In this document: piece by piece, positions 11,830 through 23,294 of the stretch
Layout: each line of letters starts with the position of its first letter
How positions within the stretch are numbered: the stretch's first letter is position 1
Assembly: GCA_040285825.1 (NCBI GenBank)
Contig: JAUPSS010000004.1
Span: 3,789,658-3,853,657, forward strand
DNA length: 64,000 nt
Direction of reading: 5' to 3'
From: Eukaryota sp. TZLM1-RC
Lineage: Eukaryota; Protista; Metamonada: BaSk clade
Translations under genes and position numbers: made by a program
The notes under the pieces: generated by a model
Seen by the model: only the letters and a program-made list of their open reading frames with translations
Told to the model about the DNA's origin: nothing
The model's database searches: none

Positions 11830-12740
11830 CGAATGACTTATCTTCTGAGCTTGAAAAATTGCCACCCCAAATCTGGACCAAATGTTTTCCTTAATCAATT
11901 CAGGAAAACTCCGGAACGATCAATTTTTAATTACAGTTTTGTTGTAAAAAAAACTTCAGCAACAATTGTCGAAGAAATTTGCAAAGTTGGATTTTGATGT
12001 TAGACTTAACTTGGTCAGGAACAAAATCTCGCTTTTGCAAGTCTTTTACAAGATATGTGTGACTAAACGTCTTCTGCTTTAGTAACAACTATTCCTCAAG
12101 TTTATGGTACTCTCTTAACTGATTCTGCTTGGACTTTGAATAACAGATTTCGTTTTTTTATCTGGCAGGATAATATCATTTGTAAGTCGAAAAATTACAA
12201 TTACTCATTTGTTTAATTGTCAACATTTTATTACCCTTAGAAGCAAGGTTCATGATGCTGTAAGAGATCAATTACATTGCACGTACGTTAGTCATAGAAT
12301 TGAATCTTTTTTTGGAATCCCTGCTGTCAACTCTTCTGGATAATGCAAATGATTTTTATAAAAATAATACAGGTGTTGTCATTTTATTTGGATTAGATTT
12401 ATTTTAGTAGATGTGATGTTTGTTGACCCTAATAATGTCACAACTGAAAGGCTAGCTAATACAGAAGTACTTAAATTTCCTTTAAGTACAGAAAGTCTCA
12501 AAGTACCAGTTGTATCCAATTGTATAGTCTCTACTTGGTTCATTTGTTCCCACTATTTTGCTGCCAGATTTTGAACTTCCTCTTAAACCCCTGAAAATTT
12601 CAAGACAATTTTGGCAGAATAGAATTGATTTTTCTATTATTAAGGGGTGTTGAAGATGGTTTACGATGCACTGTTTTCTCTTGTTTCTCCCTAGAGTTGC
12701 AATTAGTTGTTGTTTTGGGAGAAATACATTATTTAGATCA
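11830..12740 (+). mobile_element. Degenerate RLE retrotransposon family B copy
   Basis: Nucleotide similarity to 4975-5980 with many indels. Confidence 0.8.
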
Positions 12741-12892
12741 CCTAAAAACCCATTAATCAAAAAAACCATAAAAAAGATCAAATTATGATAGGATTAACAC
12801 TGCAAATTACATCATAAAGTTTTGTTAAAATGTTATTCAATTATTTAAACAAATGAATATTGTTATTGCAATACCACAGTTAGGTAATAACT

Positions 12893-13339
12893 TTATGTAA
12901 ACTCTATTCTTGTGAGTAGCGGTCTTCCCATTCTTACTTCACTTGCCAAAGTATTTAAACAAAAGGAGCTTGCTACTTTCAAACGGTGGCTAGCAGGTCC
13001 TTTATTTGTTATCATGCCGGTTAGTGCTGACGCAAGTGTTGATATGGCAGTTCCTTCACGATGTGTCACACAAATAAGGGTGGATTCGCATAGCGCATAA
13101 ATTCCTTTAGTGTAGCCTAGATGGCTCCCCGCCAAAAGAGCTGATGATGTTCGCTGATGTAACGGTAATCGTTGTTTAGGATTCAAAGATCCTCTTAATG
13201 TCGATCCCATTAGTTCATAGCTCGCCCCTGTCAGGAAGCCTGTCAAACTGGCCTTAGTAGACGACAGAATTATGAACTTGAAAGATTCCAATGGCGTTAG
13301 TCTAGGTCGATATTCGGGCTTCTTGGGTCTAAAAGGCAT
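12893..13339 (-). CDS. Tim17/Tim22/Tim23-family-like membrane protein
   Basis: First ATG at 13339; small Gly/Ala-rich helices, GIYALCESTLICVTHRE..ASALTG. Confidence 0.55.
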   Translation of the reverse strand: MPFRPKKPEYRPRLTPLESFKFIILSSTKASLTGFLTGASYELMGSTLRGSLNPKQRLPLHQRTSSALLAGSHLGYTKGIYALCESTLICVTHREGTAISTLASALTGMITNKGPASHRLKVASSFCLNTLASEVRMGRPLLTRIEFT

Positions 13340-13740
13340 TTCAAGTTGAATGTAGGATATGGCATCTGAAACCCTTGTTAGTTTTGCTTGTAAAACTAAC
13401 ATTGTTTTTCAACTTTTGCTTTCACTACTCATTTGAAACCCCAGATTTAGATAATTAAAATTCAATATCTGTGGATGACATCTTATATGACTGCAGTCAT
13501 ATGATATCAATATTAATTCCATATTGAAAGGGTAATAAAATCTTTTTTGCTTTCTCATTGAACCTGCTTAAGCAACACGCAGAAAAAATATTTTGTAAGC
13601 TCTCAGAGACCTGCAATAGGACGAACATCCATTTTTGAATTTTTGACAATCTTTATCTTGAATCTTTAGGTTTTAAATTAAATGGTTTTATGTAGAGGGA
13701 GGAAGAAAAAAAAATTATTTGAAATTCCAAATAGCAAATT

Positions 13741-15560
13741 TATTTCATTGGAACAGACAATATCTGTTACAATGAACAAATATTGGGGCAACAAATATAA
13801 CGCAAAGACTTATGAATGCTGAACCTTTTCAAATGGCTCTCTTCTAACTTGTTGTGTTGTTTGGAGTGGTGTTTGTCTATAAGGGTAAGGTTAATCTATT
13901 AAATCCAAAAAATGCAATGAATTCGCTAAATTTGCTGTCTATGACTCTCCATCAAAAATTTCATTGGTCTTGGGATTTGCCTGTTTGGATGGCTTTGGTT
14001 GACGGCTGGCAAATAAAGAGGAGCCCTGGGAACGTCTGCTGCCAATCTCCTGAAAAAGGGACATTGTGTTGTTACCAAATTAGGGGTGTTGTCTTGAGAG
14101 CAAATTTATATTTGGTATCCAGAATTGCGCTTTTGGCGCCACATTTGGCATGTGCTGGAATTGTTTCTACAGAGAAACAATGCAATAATCAAGCTGCTGA
14201 TTTGGTTTTATGGGACACCATTTTAAAAATGGACGAGATTAAAAACACTAAACTTTATGCAGAAAATTCCAAGTACATCATGTCTAGTATTGAGACTGAT
14301 GGAATAGCAGTATCATTCATTCAATCTAGAATGGACTTGAAAAAGTACAAAGTAACTGCAAAAGAATTAAAAGATAAAGAAAAATATATTGATGACCCCA
14401 GCATCAATCCTTCTGAATTTCAAGATATGACCCTTGCTGCTGCTGATCCAGGAAAATCTGATCTACTCTATTTTTCTGCCAATTTAGCTACTAGAATGAC
14501 TCATTCAAAAAAAACCTGAGAGAGATAAATATGTTCATTTCAGGTACACTCAAAATCAACAAAGATTTGAGTCGAAAAGTTCCAAATTCAAAAGGATAAG
14601 AGACATCATACGTAATGACACTCTTATCACAATAAGTAACTCTACTGGTAGAGTGATTGATCTATCCAATTATAAACCATCTGAAGAACAACAACAAAGG
14701 ATGGATTTAAGCAGCAGTATAATTAATCAAATGTCTGAAAGAACAATTAGTTTATTAAGAGGTGAAGTACCTCAAGAAATCAATATTCCCCACGAAATTG
14801 ATTACTCATTCAATTTGAGAAATAATGATCACACGACTAAATCTGTAGCAGAATGGGAGGCAACATTATCCCAATTCAACTCCAAAAGCTGCAGGCTTGA
14901 TAGATTTATGGAGTATATTAAACAAAAGAATTTTGTGAATAGTATTGTTGGTCAAGTCTATCATCAAAAATATTTAGGAAACTAAGATGGTGGGCTGAGA
15001 TTAATCGCACAAGATCCGAGGCAAAAATGATTCAGAGATTCAAATCAGTAATTGGTGATCCCAGCCAAGTAATTATTGGAGTCGGAGACTGGGAACAACG
15101 AAAACACATGAAATTCAAAGAACCTACCAAGGGAAAAGGTTTGAAAATTCTATTTAAAAAGGCTGGTTATAAGGTCTTTTTGATTGATGAGTTTCGAACC
15201 AGTTGCTGTTGTTTCAACTGTAAGAAAGCGGAGAAGACAGTTGAAACATCCCGATGGTGCAGAAATCTTAGGCCATGGAAGAGGCATGAGATGTCTATTC
15301 GTCGAGGGCTTACCATGGGTAAATCATGCGAAAGTTTGTGGAATAGAGATCGAAATGCTTCGCTGAATATGTTGGTAGTGATGGAAGCACATGTGAATGG
15401 TGGAGATAGACCGGAATACCTGCAGAGAGTCAAGGTTGACAAAGGTTCAAAGAAAAAGCTATTGAGAAGAAAATCTTCCAGTTCCCAAAAACTCAGTCCC
15501 TCAACATCGGTGTAAAAAGGACACTTATTTCATTGTTATAGACAATATCTGTTTCAATGA
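13741..15560 (+). mobile_element. Fanzor element (Fanzor1/giant-virus-like type), frameshifted pseudogene bounded by repeated hairpins
   Basis: IETDG, AADPGKSDLLY (RuvC-I), GDWEQRKHMKFKEPTKGKG, LIDEFRTSCCCFNC (RuvC-II + ZnF), LWNRDRNASLNM (RuvC-III), spread over ORFs 13854-15515. Confidence 0.9.
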
Positions 15561-15787
15561 CATCATTTAGGCTGAATTTTAGAGAAATTCTTTTTAAAAC
15601 TCAATTATCTCTCCTTTGTTATATGGGTTGCATCTGAACTTCTGCTTAATGACATTAAAGTGATCTATTAGGTGTTATGATCCACATGGTAATTACAGAA
15701 TACTGTACAATTGAAATACCACTATGTTAAAAGCAAAAAACCTAAAAATTCTATTTAAATTTATGCACACACTAAAAAACAAAACCG

Positions 15788-17743
15788 TTAAACCACCAGC
15801 TCCCGAAATTTAAACCTAACTTTCTCCACAAACCAGCTATCTTCCATTGATTCCTGCAATAAATCCTCAACATTTGAACTTGAAACCAGCTGCCTCACAA
15901 CAAATTCATTTAGCAACTGGGCAATGCAGATATAACAATTAGGAAAATCTTCTCCTAAATCATCCAAAAGACCCATCAGCAACCGTAGACCCCTAGAAAG
16001 TGATTCCAATGGTATGTCATCTTCTTTAAAACAAGCAGATAAAAGATCAGTATGGTGTCTAATAGTGGAAGATTTAGGATTTGAATTGATAAAATGGTAA
16101 AAAAATCTTGATAGAAAAATGGCTGAACCCCCAACTGAAGATAGTTCTAAATCACTAATTATTGACTTAAATTCCCCAATAGAAGCTGATCTGGCTTTCT
16201 CTGCAGCCTTTTTTGCTTTCCCATCGAGCTCAGCTCCGACAATTGGGACAGTTGATTCTCTTATATTTTCGCTATCCTCTGTGAGAGACTCAAATGGATT
16301 GATCTTTGGGTGGACCAAATCAAATTCATTTTCAACAATTCTTGGACCTTTGCTGTAAGAAGGTCTTCTCTTTCTACTAGTCACTGTAACAAACCCACCA
16401 AATGAATCTTCAGTGGTGGTAATTTGCTTGGGAGCAGAAGGTTTGGGCTTGGTTGATGAAAAGTGGGGCACAGTCGTCCAATTATTTCTCCAAAGGTCTA
16501 ATAAGTCCAAACAAGCAAAATTAACCCTTTTCTCAAGGTTTTTGTCAACAGAAAAGTCTGTGACAGGACCTTCAAGTAATTCATTTATCATTCTTTTATG
16601 TTCATTTTTTCTAGAAAAAACAGGGCCAACAATGGTAAGCAGTATAGTTAAGGCTTCTACAGAATTATTTTGTCCATTATTAATCAAAGTTGTTGCAATT
16701 TTGAAAACATCATCAGGTAGAAGTAACCCGACCAAGGATAAATGACCAATAAATTGGATATTGCCTAGAATCTTTCTCCTTTTCTTGCGTTCCATGTAAT
16801 AAATTTCAATATCCCTCCTTTGCTGGGTTACATCATCCAATGCTTGAGTCCTAAACTCACTCCGAAGCCGTTGATCTACTTCTTGCTCAGCCGCCTTCCA
16901 TGAATCAGTGGAGTCAGAAGCAAAGGCCAGGGTGAACGACTCTTGACATTTAGAGATAATTTTGAGCTTGAATGGAGAGTAAGCCTTACTGATATCAAGG
17001 CACAACCTGGCGTAAAGAGGAGAAAAAGTGGGTTCTAAGACAGCCTTATTAAACAAAAAAGAAAGAAACTCATCAATATAAACGTCAAATTCTTCTTCTG
17101 ATAAGGGATGGAATTTTACAGCTTTTCTGTTAATTTTTAAAACCAACTGATTAAATATTAATCTATAATTCTCCTCAGATAGCTTATTTAGCAGACCATT
17201 TGTTTCCTTCACATAGGCATGTAACTTGTCAGTGCTCTTCTTTCTTCTTTCCTCCAAGACATTATATGCAAATTGAGATCTTGGCTTGAGCATATGTCTC
17301 AAAGGAACCATTGTGCGGGCTTTTTTAAGAGAAAATTCAAACTTGTAAACCCACTCGTTGGGTTGAACTTCAAGCAAAAGGAAATCATCGCGAGAGTATT
17401 GAAGCCTCTTTTCTTTTTCTTTTACCATTTCTTCTCCTTCCTTTTCCTTTGCCGTCTCCTTAGGAACACTAACTGTAGGTATTTCCAACTCCTTGAGTTT
17501 CCGATCCAACTCAAAAACTTCCTTAACTGGAACCTCTTCCTTTGGCTTTTCTCTTGCTGGTTCTGGAGGTTTTGGTTCTATTTCAGAGACAATACCAGCA
17601 CCAGTTGTTGAGAGGGCAGGTGAAGCGGGAGCAAGGGTCTTCTTTGGGACAAAAGGAGTGGCGTGAAGAACAGAAGAAAACCTTGATTTGGGTTTGGGTT
17701 TGAACTCGGGGGCAGAGACATCGAGTTTCGTGAAGCGAGACAT
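15788..17743 (-). CDS. EIF4G: Translation initiation factor eIF4G (PAM2-like motifs, 4E-binding motif, MIF4G, MA3-like)
   Basis: LDVSAPEFKP, YSRDDFLLL, GLLNKLSEENY, KAVLEPTFSPLYARLC, LGNIQFIGHL. Confidence 0.88.
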   Translation of the reverse strand: MSRFTKLDVSAPEFKPKPKSRFSSVLHATPFVPKKTLAPASPALSTTGAGIVSEIEPKPPEPAREKPKEEVPVKEVFELDRKLKELEIPTVSVPKETAKEKEGEEMVKEKEKRLQYSRDDFLLLEVQPNEWVYKFEFSLKKARTMVPLRHMLKPRSQFAYNVLEERRKKSTDKLHAYVKETNGLLNKLSEENYRLIFNQLVLKINRKAVKFHPLSEEEFDVYIDEFLSFLFNKAVLEPTFSPLYARLCLDISKAYSPFKLKIISKCQESFTLAFASDSTDSWKAAEQEVDQRLRSEFRTQALDDVTQQRRDIEIYYMERKKRRKILGNIQFIGHLSLVGLLLPDDVFKIATTLINNGQNNSVEALTILLTIVGPVFSRKNEHKRMINELLEGPVTDFSVDKNLEKRVNFACLDLLDLWRNNWTTVPHFSSTKPKPSAPKQITTTEDSFGGFVTVTSRKRRPSYSKGPRIVENEFDLVHPKINPFESLTEDSENIRESTVPIVGAELDGKAKKAAEKARSASIGEFKSIISDLELSSVGGSAIFLSRFFYHFINSNPKSSTIRHHTDLLSACFKEDDIPLESLSRGLRLLMGLLDDLGEDFPNCYICIAQLLNEFVVRQLVSSSNVEDLLQESMEDSWFVEKVRFKFRELVV

Positions 17744-17874
17744 TGGATCACGGTATTGGGTCAAAAAAGGTCAAGAGGTTTCTTCTTGATATGGGTATCA
17801 TTGATGGTAAACCAGAAAAAGATATCCTGTGAGCTTTAACGTCTAAACTCTTAAAAAAAGGGTAACTATTTACA

Positions 17875-18060
17875 ATGCCCAGACATCCAAAGAGTAAGGA
17901 ACAAACTGAGAAGGTAAAGCACAAGTCAACAAAAGGAGCACACAAGGCCCAAGAGCACGCTGAAAAGGCCGCTCATAGAACCGAGGAAGGTGCTTTAAAA
18001 GGGAAAAACAGAATGAAGGAGACTTTGTCAAAGGTAAAGCATAGAGCAAAAGAGATTTAA
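17875..18060 (+). CDS. Small basic hydrophilic protein (61 aa)
   Basis: ATG-started ORF, divergent from eIF4G, followed by an AT-rich 3' region. Confidence 0.55.
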   Translation: MPRHPKSKEQTEKVKHKSTKGAHKAQEHAEKAAHRTEEGALKGKNRMKETLSKVKHRAKEI

Positions 18061-18285
18061 ATTTTGGAAATAAAATCTAAATTTAATTAGGAATATTAAA
18101 ATCGGAAATAATACAACAACTAACTTATCAGTGAATAGATTGGTTGTTGTACAATTGTTGAAATAATTTAAATAGATTGATTGAAACTTGACCAAATGAA
18201 ACTAAAAAATTTAAGCCAAAAAGAATTTATATAAAAAACATACACAAAAAAAAAGAAAACATAAACTACAATATTGAAAAAATGT

Positions 18286-18296
18286 CACTCACTCAC

Positions 18297-18327
<31 letters not shown>
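18286..18327 (+). repeat. (TCAC)/(TCAA)n microsatellite overlapping the KHDC4 stop codon
   Basis: cactcactcactcaatcaatcaatcaatcaatcaatcaatca. Confidence 0.9.
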
Positions 18328-19265
18328 CTAGTCCTCCCCACTTTCAAAGGAGGTTCATCTTCTCTAACTTCACCATCACTATCGCTTTCCATTTCAATAT
18401 CCATATCACTATCTTCTTCCACTATTGGTAGGCTAGGTTGGTTCTGTGCCTCAAGAGTTTGCTCCATTGCCAAAGTGGACTGGTAGAGATTCTTCATTTG
18501 AGCAATAAAAGTTTGGGCACCATCAGGATTTTGCCTAGCCCACTGAAGAAACTCAGAGTAACTTGAACCCCCCTCTTTAGGTACCTTCACATTGGATCTG
18601 TACCTTTCATATTCTTTCCTCACAGCACCAGCAAGTGATTCCCCAAGCTCCTTGGCTTCATTGACTTGAAGATCTGAAGGACCAGTGATGTACATATAGA
18701 GAGGAACAGGTTCTTCCTTCCCAGTTGCAGGATCCATATACTGGGAGCCCAAACCTTTCAGTTGAACTCTGCATCCTGTGGTAGATGAAATGTGTTTCAC
18801 ATATGTACCTTCCCTACCCAATACCTTCGCTCGTAGATTGAAAGAAGGTGGAGGGTTGACAATATTAATGGAGACAATGGCAGAGCTTTCCTCCTTTGGA
18901 CGTTGGTTGGGTGCAGAAGAATGTTCTTCGGGGTATTCAATGTGTCCTTCAATGGTATCATAGATAAGGGCGACAGCATTAGCTACAGCTTTGTTGTTGC
19001 GGGCTGTTATGTGGAGATAGAGGGGGCGTTCATCGGACCTGGGTGTAGATGACCCTCTAACGACAAGAGAAGCACCAGCAAGACGACCAATATGATCTAA
19101 GAAGTGATTTTTGAGCAAGTCGGCACGCCTTGGATGGTCAAGTAAAGGCATATCATAGAAATATAGAGATTGGTCACCTTTGCGGATACTGGGTAAAAAG
19201 GTAGAGGGGTCTGTGACAGGGTCACAATCAAGAAGTGGTGCTGTTGGTCGAGGACGAAGAGACAT
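18321..19265 (-). CDS. KHDC4: KH-domain splicing protein KHDC4/BLOM7-like
   Basis: ERPLYLHITA; FNLRAKVLGREGTYVKHISSTTGCRVQLKGLGS..EEPVPLYMYITG; ATG at 19265. Confidence 0.85.
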
Positions 19266-19456
19266 AGACAAATAGCACAATAACGTTAAATAGTAGTTTC
19301 CCGTTGAGATTACTGGAATATGAAGATGAAATGAATCAAGTTGATCTTTTCAAAACCCTGGCCCTTTCAATTCCTTTGATATACTGATCCACAACAACAT
19401 GAATCATATTAAGAACAGCATTGACATTATGATTCCATAGACACCTACAATTGTTG
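19266..19456 (-). mobile_element. Fanzor 3'-end remnant (copy 1) abutting the KHDC4 ATG
   Basis: Encodes CRCLWNHNVNAVLNMIHVVVDQYIKGIERARVLKRST* (stop 19336-19338), then 70 nt to the ATG. Confidence 0.9.
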
Positions 19457-20689
19457 GTATATCTATGTGTACCATATATATATACTATGTATACATGGTA
19501 TATCTCTATGGATATGTATTGTATTGTTCCTTTACAGCCTGTGATAAACCCATGTTTCTATAGCTTTTTTGATGGTCTTTGTTCAAATTTGCTCTTCTTC
19601 TTCTTTGAGGAGCAGTGATCCTCTTAAAAGTAATTTCCTTTAGTTTTGTTTTCTTGTTTTTATTTGAAGGAGGTTTTTTGGTCTGAAGTCGACAAGCCAT
19701 TCATCCTAGAATACCCAGGAATCTGCCACGGATCGTGGTGGTTCAGTTGAACAATACTCAACTCGGACATTGCAAATTAGTTTTTATTTAAATAAATTAG
19801 TTTTTGTTTTCAGCAATCAGCTTGTTTCTTTTACCAGGGTTAATTATGACAGAATTTTTCAACTCCTCCCCATAATTTCACCCAAGTACAGACCATTTTC
19901 AACCTTTTCTACCTTTCTGAGGCGCTGATGTCCAGCTATGTTTTTGCAGATGAGATTTAACAATCAGCTTCAATCAGCACAAAACAAATAACAAATGAAT
20001 TCCAATCGTTAAGCCAGCTCACAAAGAGTTTGAGAACTTAAAAACAGCTGTTCTGATAGACGAAGTTGAATTAATGGTCAGAACCAGCAGTGTTCACATC
20101 TTCCCCGAGAAGAAGTTCAAGAAGACATGCAATGGTGATTGTTATATCTTTATGATTGTTGTCACAAGTATCTGATTTGCAAAAGGTCTTCATCAGTTTG
20201 TGTTCTCTACAATCAAAATATCATGACTAGTTAGTGCAGGTTGTGAGATGGAAGCCACAAATCACAAATGGAGAGCATGGAGATGTGGTGAGAGACCACT
20301 TATTTTCTATATTTTCTTTATGTCTGAATTCATCTCGTTGTCAATCATCTTATTCTGTTGCAACAAACTCAAGAGGAAGACTTAGAACGTCTTTTTGTTC
20401 GTGATAACACTAATTGATAATAAATTGCCTTCACGGAAATGGAAATACTTCAATTATGCAATATCACTGAAACAGTGGTGTAGCTTCATTTGTTCACAAA
20501 TCTATTGAATCAATATTAAGAAATTCACATGGTAACAGAACAATCTTTCAAAACAACAAAACAGATCAGAAAAGGGAACTAATAATTACAATTTATTTGT
20601 ACAGTGGATTTAAGGACAAATTAATTATTCACAAATGAATAGGAACAAAATAGAGGCCATGTGATTGTGAAAAGTCATGTAGTCCAGGT

Positions 20690-20881
20690 TCATGAAGATT
20701 GTTCAGCTGTATCAAGATCACGTTCCATCTGTTCCAGCTTTTGCAGTGTAATAGATTTGAGAGGCAGCAGCTTTGGCTTACATAGAACTTCTGGAAAGGA
20801 AGCCTTCTCCGAGTAAACTAAACCACTTTTAGGCAATAACTCAGCAACATGGGCGCAGTATGATTCATCGTTCTCAGACAT
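20690..20881 (-). CDS. BBIP1: BBSome-interacting protein 1 (BBS18)
   Basis: ELLPKSGLVYSE..EVLCKPKLLPLKSITLQKLEQM. Confidence 0.9.
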   Translation of the reverse strand: MSENDESYCAHVAELLPKSGLVYSEKASFPEVLCKPKLLPLKSITLQKLEQMERDLDTAEQSS

Positions 20882-20953
20882 TAGTTCAGGACAGACAAGG
20901 AATGTCTTCGAGTACCTTTTACAATTTTGCAATTTTCTTCTTAATTTGAATGA

Positions 20954-23071
20954 ATGTTGCTCCCTTATGCACTACTGGAAAAGGATGTACCCGATGTCAA
21001 GTACTTTATTGATCATTCTTTAAATACAGTCACTATTTGCGATCCTTTCGCCAATGGGTCGAATGTCTATGCAACTTCTGTTATCAACAACAAGTGCACA
21101 CAGTTCTTTGGACCTGTCAAGCTTGATGCAGACGCTAAAGACATTTCACATCTCTCCCTCTCCCCAGACCAATCACTTCTTCTCTTCGCGCACACTGCAC
21201 CAAACTCTGAGGCTTCCATTACCATCAGTAGTCTTTCCAGCATCACCACCTTATACAGCATTCCAGTTATAACTAAATTAGCCCATTCTGCGACCATCCT
21301 CTCAATCAATTGGGTCGATTCAATTACCTTTTTAGTTATAACAACACTTGGATTCTCTTTATTTAAGGTCAAGGTAGCTGACAAGGCTGGTAAAATTTCC
21401 TTAAAATTAATTAAAAGTATTACGATGAATTCTGAAGTTAATTCATTTTGTTTTCATCTAAGTAGTCGTTTGGTTTTGCTTTCAACCAATACCCAATCTT
21501 TTCTCTATTTTATCAAACCAAATCTATCTATTTTAAAATTACCTACAATCGAAGATCCACGTCCCTTGTTATTGTCACTAAGTGTCTATTCAGTTTTTAC
21601 AATTATCAAAGAAAATCAATTGAAGGTTTTCAAGATTGAACCTGATGCTCCTCACAAATTAATTCACACCTTGGAAGTTCCCAATGAAGCATTCACCTTT
21701 AGCAAAGTAGTCACCAGACAAGGTTTAATCATTGGTGTGGACGAAGTTGCAAACAAAACTTCTATTGCTTGTTATGATTTGGAGACTCCATCCCCCGAGA
21801 AGTGTCTCTTCCATGGAACATTGTCTGAAGATGTAGACCTATCTTCTACTTATGGTTCTTTGTTCTCCACAAGCAACTCCATCTCCACCACACTCATAGA
21901 CCATGAAGCCCTCTGTTCTTTGTCTAAAAGGGAAGGAATGTACACCACAACTCTCAAGTTGTTACAGAACCGTCCAGACAATCTAATGTCTGTTCTCTCG
22001 TTGTTTGCTGAACTGATGTGTGATAAGTCTGTTTCTTCCTCTGAGGAAGAGTTACCTTCAGTGTCGCTTTCCTCACTGGCCTCAATGTTTGATTCTCTGT
22101 CCCGTTGCCTCGTTCTCTCCCAAACCATGTCGCCCCCTTCTGTTGATCAACTGCTGATGCTCACGCCTGTCCCGTCCATTGTTGGGCTTTCTCACATTTA
22201 CGATTCACTGCCTTCCAACACTCCAGTAGCTTCCTTTGACTCATTCGAGGCACAGAGCATTGACTCAGACACTATTCCCACTTTGTCGTCACTTTTCTTT
22301 GATTCTTCGAGGGAGACTTTATTGTCCTTGGATTCTCTTCTTTCCCAGATTCCTGTCTCTCTGAGAGGTAGGTTTGGGACAATTATTACTCAAGAGGACA
22401 TTGTTTTCTCTGTACTTGATCCATTGGCTGTCATTTTGTACAAGTGCCAGGTGGATTTTGTCGATAAGTTTGTTTTGTATTTGATTGAGTTGGTTCGTTC
22501 ACTCCGTCACTACAAACTAAAGCCTATTACCAATATTATACAATATTTATTGGATGGGATTGTACTAACTCGCAATTCTGCTCTTTTATACTCATTGACT
22601 GAATCAGGGGTTATTGTTTTTGATTTTGCACTGGCAGAGTATCTGCTCAAATTGTTGATTCAAAATGACTTAACTCAACCAGATGGTATCTTTCACTGCT
22701 TCGTTATCGAGCAACTTTATGTTACTTCCAAGACATCTCCTTTGCTTGCTGAGAAAGTGGTCAATCACTTGTTGTCAGTAGGTCTGGTTTCAGAATCTTT
22801 GGGTTACCTTAAGTCAATAGGGATGAAGATTTCAACCCCAAGACCTTTCTTAATAGCAGCTTTAGAAAGTGGAGATTTACTTTTGTTTTTCAACACTTTT
22901 AGGTATCTATTCAACAATATTAGCTCAAAGTTATTCAAGGCGATGGATTTTAGTTTGAATTCAAGTGATTTTTCCACCACTGCCCTCGCCACTAGTCAAC
23001 GTGTGTTACGGGAGGTAGGTTGTAGCGATTTTGTTGATTTTTACAATAAGTTTGTTGTTGATATTGTGTAA
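20954..23071 (+). CDS. RMC1: Regulator of MON1-CCZ1 (RMC1/Mic1-domain protein)
   Basis: N-terminal beta-propeller-like region; C-terminal LIELVRSLRHYKL..LYSLTESGVI..CSDFVDFYNKF resembles Mic1. Confidence 0.7.
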   Translation: MLLPYALLEKDVPDVKYFIDHSLNTVTICDPFANGSNVYATSVINNKCTQFFGPVKLDADAKDISHLSLSPDQSLLLFAHTAPNSEASITISSLSSITTLYSIPVITKLAHSATILSINWVDSITFLVITTLGFSLFKVKVADKAGKISLKLIKSITMNSEVNSFCFHLSSRLVLLSTNTQSFLYFIKPNLSILKLPTIEDPRPLLLSLSVYSVFTIIKENQLKVFKIEPDAPHKLIHTLEVPNEAFTFSKVVTRQGLIIGVDEVANKTSIACYDLETPSPEKCLFHGTLSEDVDLSSTYGSLFSTSNSISTTLIDHEALCSLSKREGMYTTTLKLLQNRPDNLMSVLSLFAELMCDKSVSSSEEELPSVSLSSLASMFDSLSRCLVLSQTMSPPSVDQLLMLTPVPSIVGLSHIYDSLPSNTPVASFDSFEAQSIDSDTIPTLSSLFFDSSRETLLSLDSLLSQIPVSLRGRFGTIITQEDIVFSVLDPLAVILYKCQVDFVDKFVLYLIELVRSLRHYKLKPITNIIQYLLDGIVLTRNSALLYSLTESGVIVFDFALAEYLLKLLIQNDLTQPDGIFHCFVIEQLYVTSKTSPLLAEKVVNHLLSVGLVSESLGYLKSIGMKISTPRPFLIAALESGDLLLFFNTFRYLFNNISSKLFKAMDFSLNSSDFSTTALATSQRVLREVGCSDFVDFYNKFVVDIV

Positions 23072-23294
23072 ATAATGTAGATCAATTTTGTTAAAATAAG
23101 AATAAAACCCATCTTTATGTCAATTTCAGAATTCTCAAGTTTATGTTTTTTGGGAAATTTGCACAGTTACTAATTGAAAAATCATTCAGAAAAATGTAAC
23201 CATAATGAGACAATGAAAAATAAACTTTAAAACAATAATTTATAAAAAATGAACGAATTTCATACAATTTACTATAAAACAAAGAGGCTATAAA

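Noticed and set aside
16119-17611. Antisense ORFs inside eIF4G, and similar ones in other genes
   Set aside because: Shadow ORFs of real opposite-strand genes.
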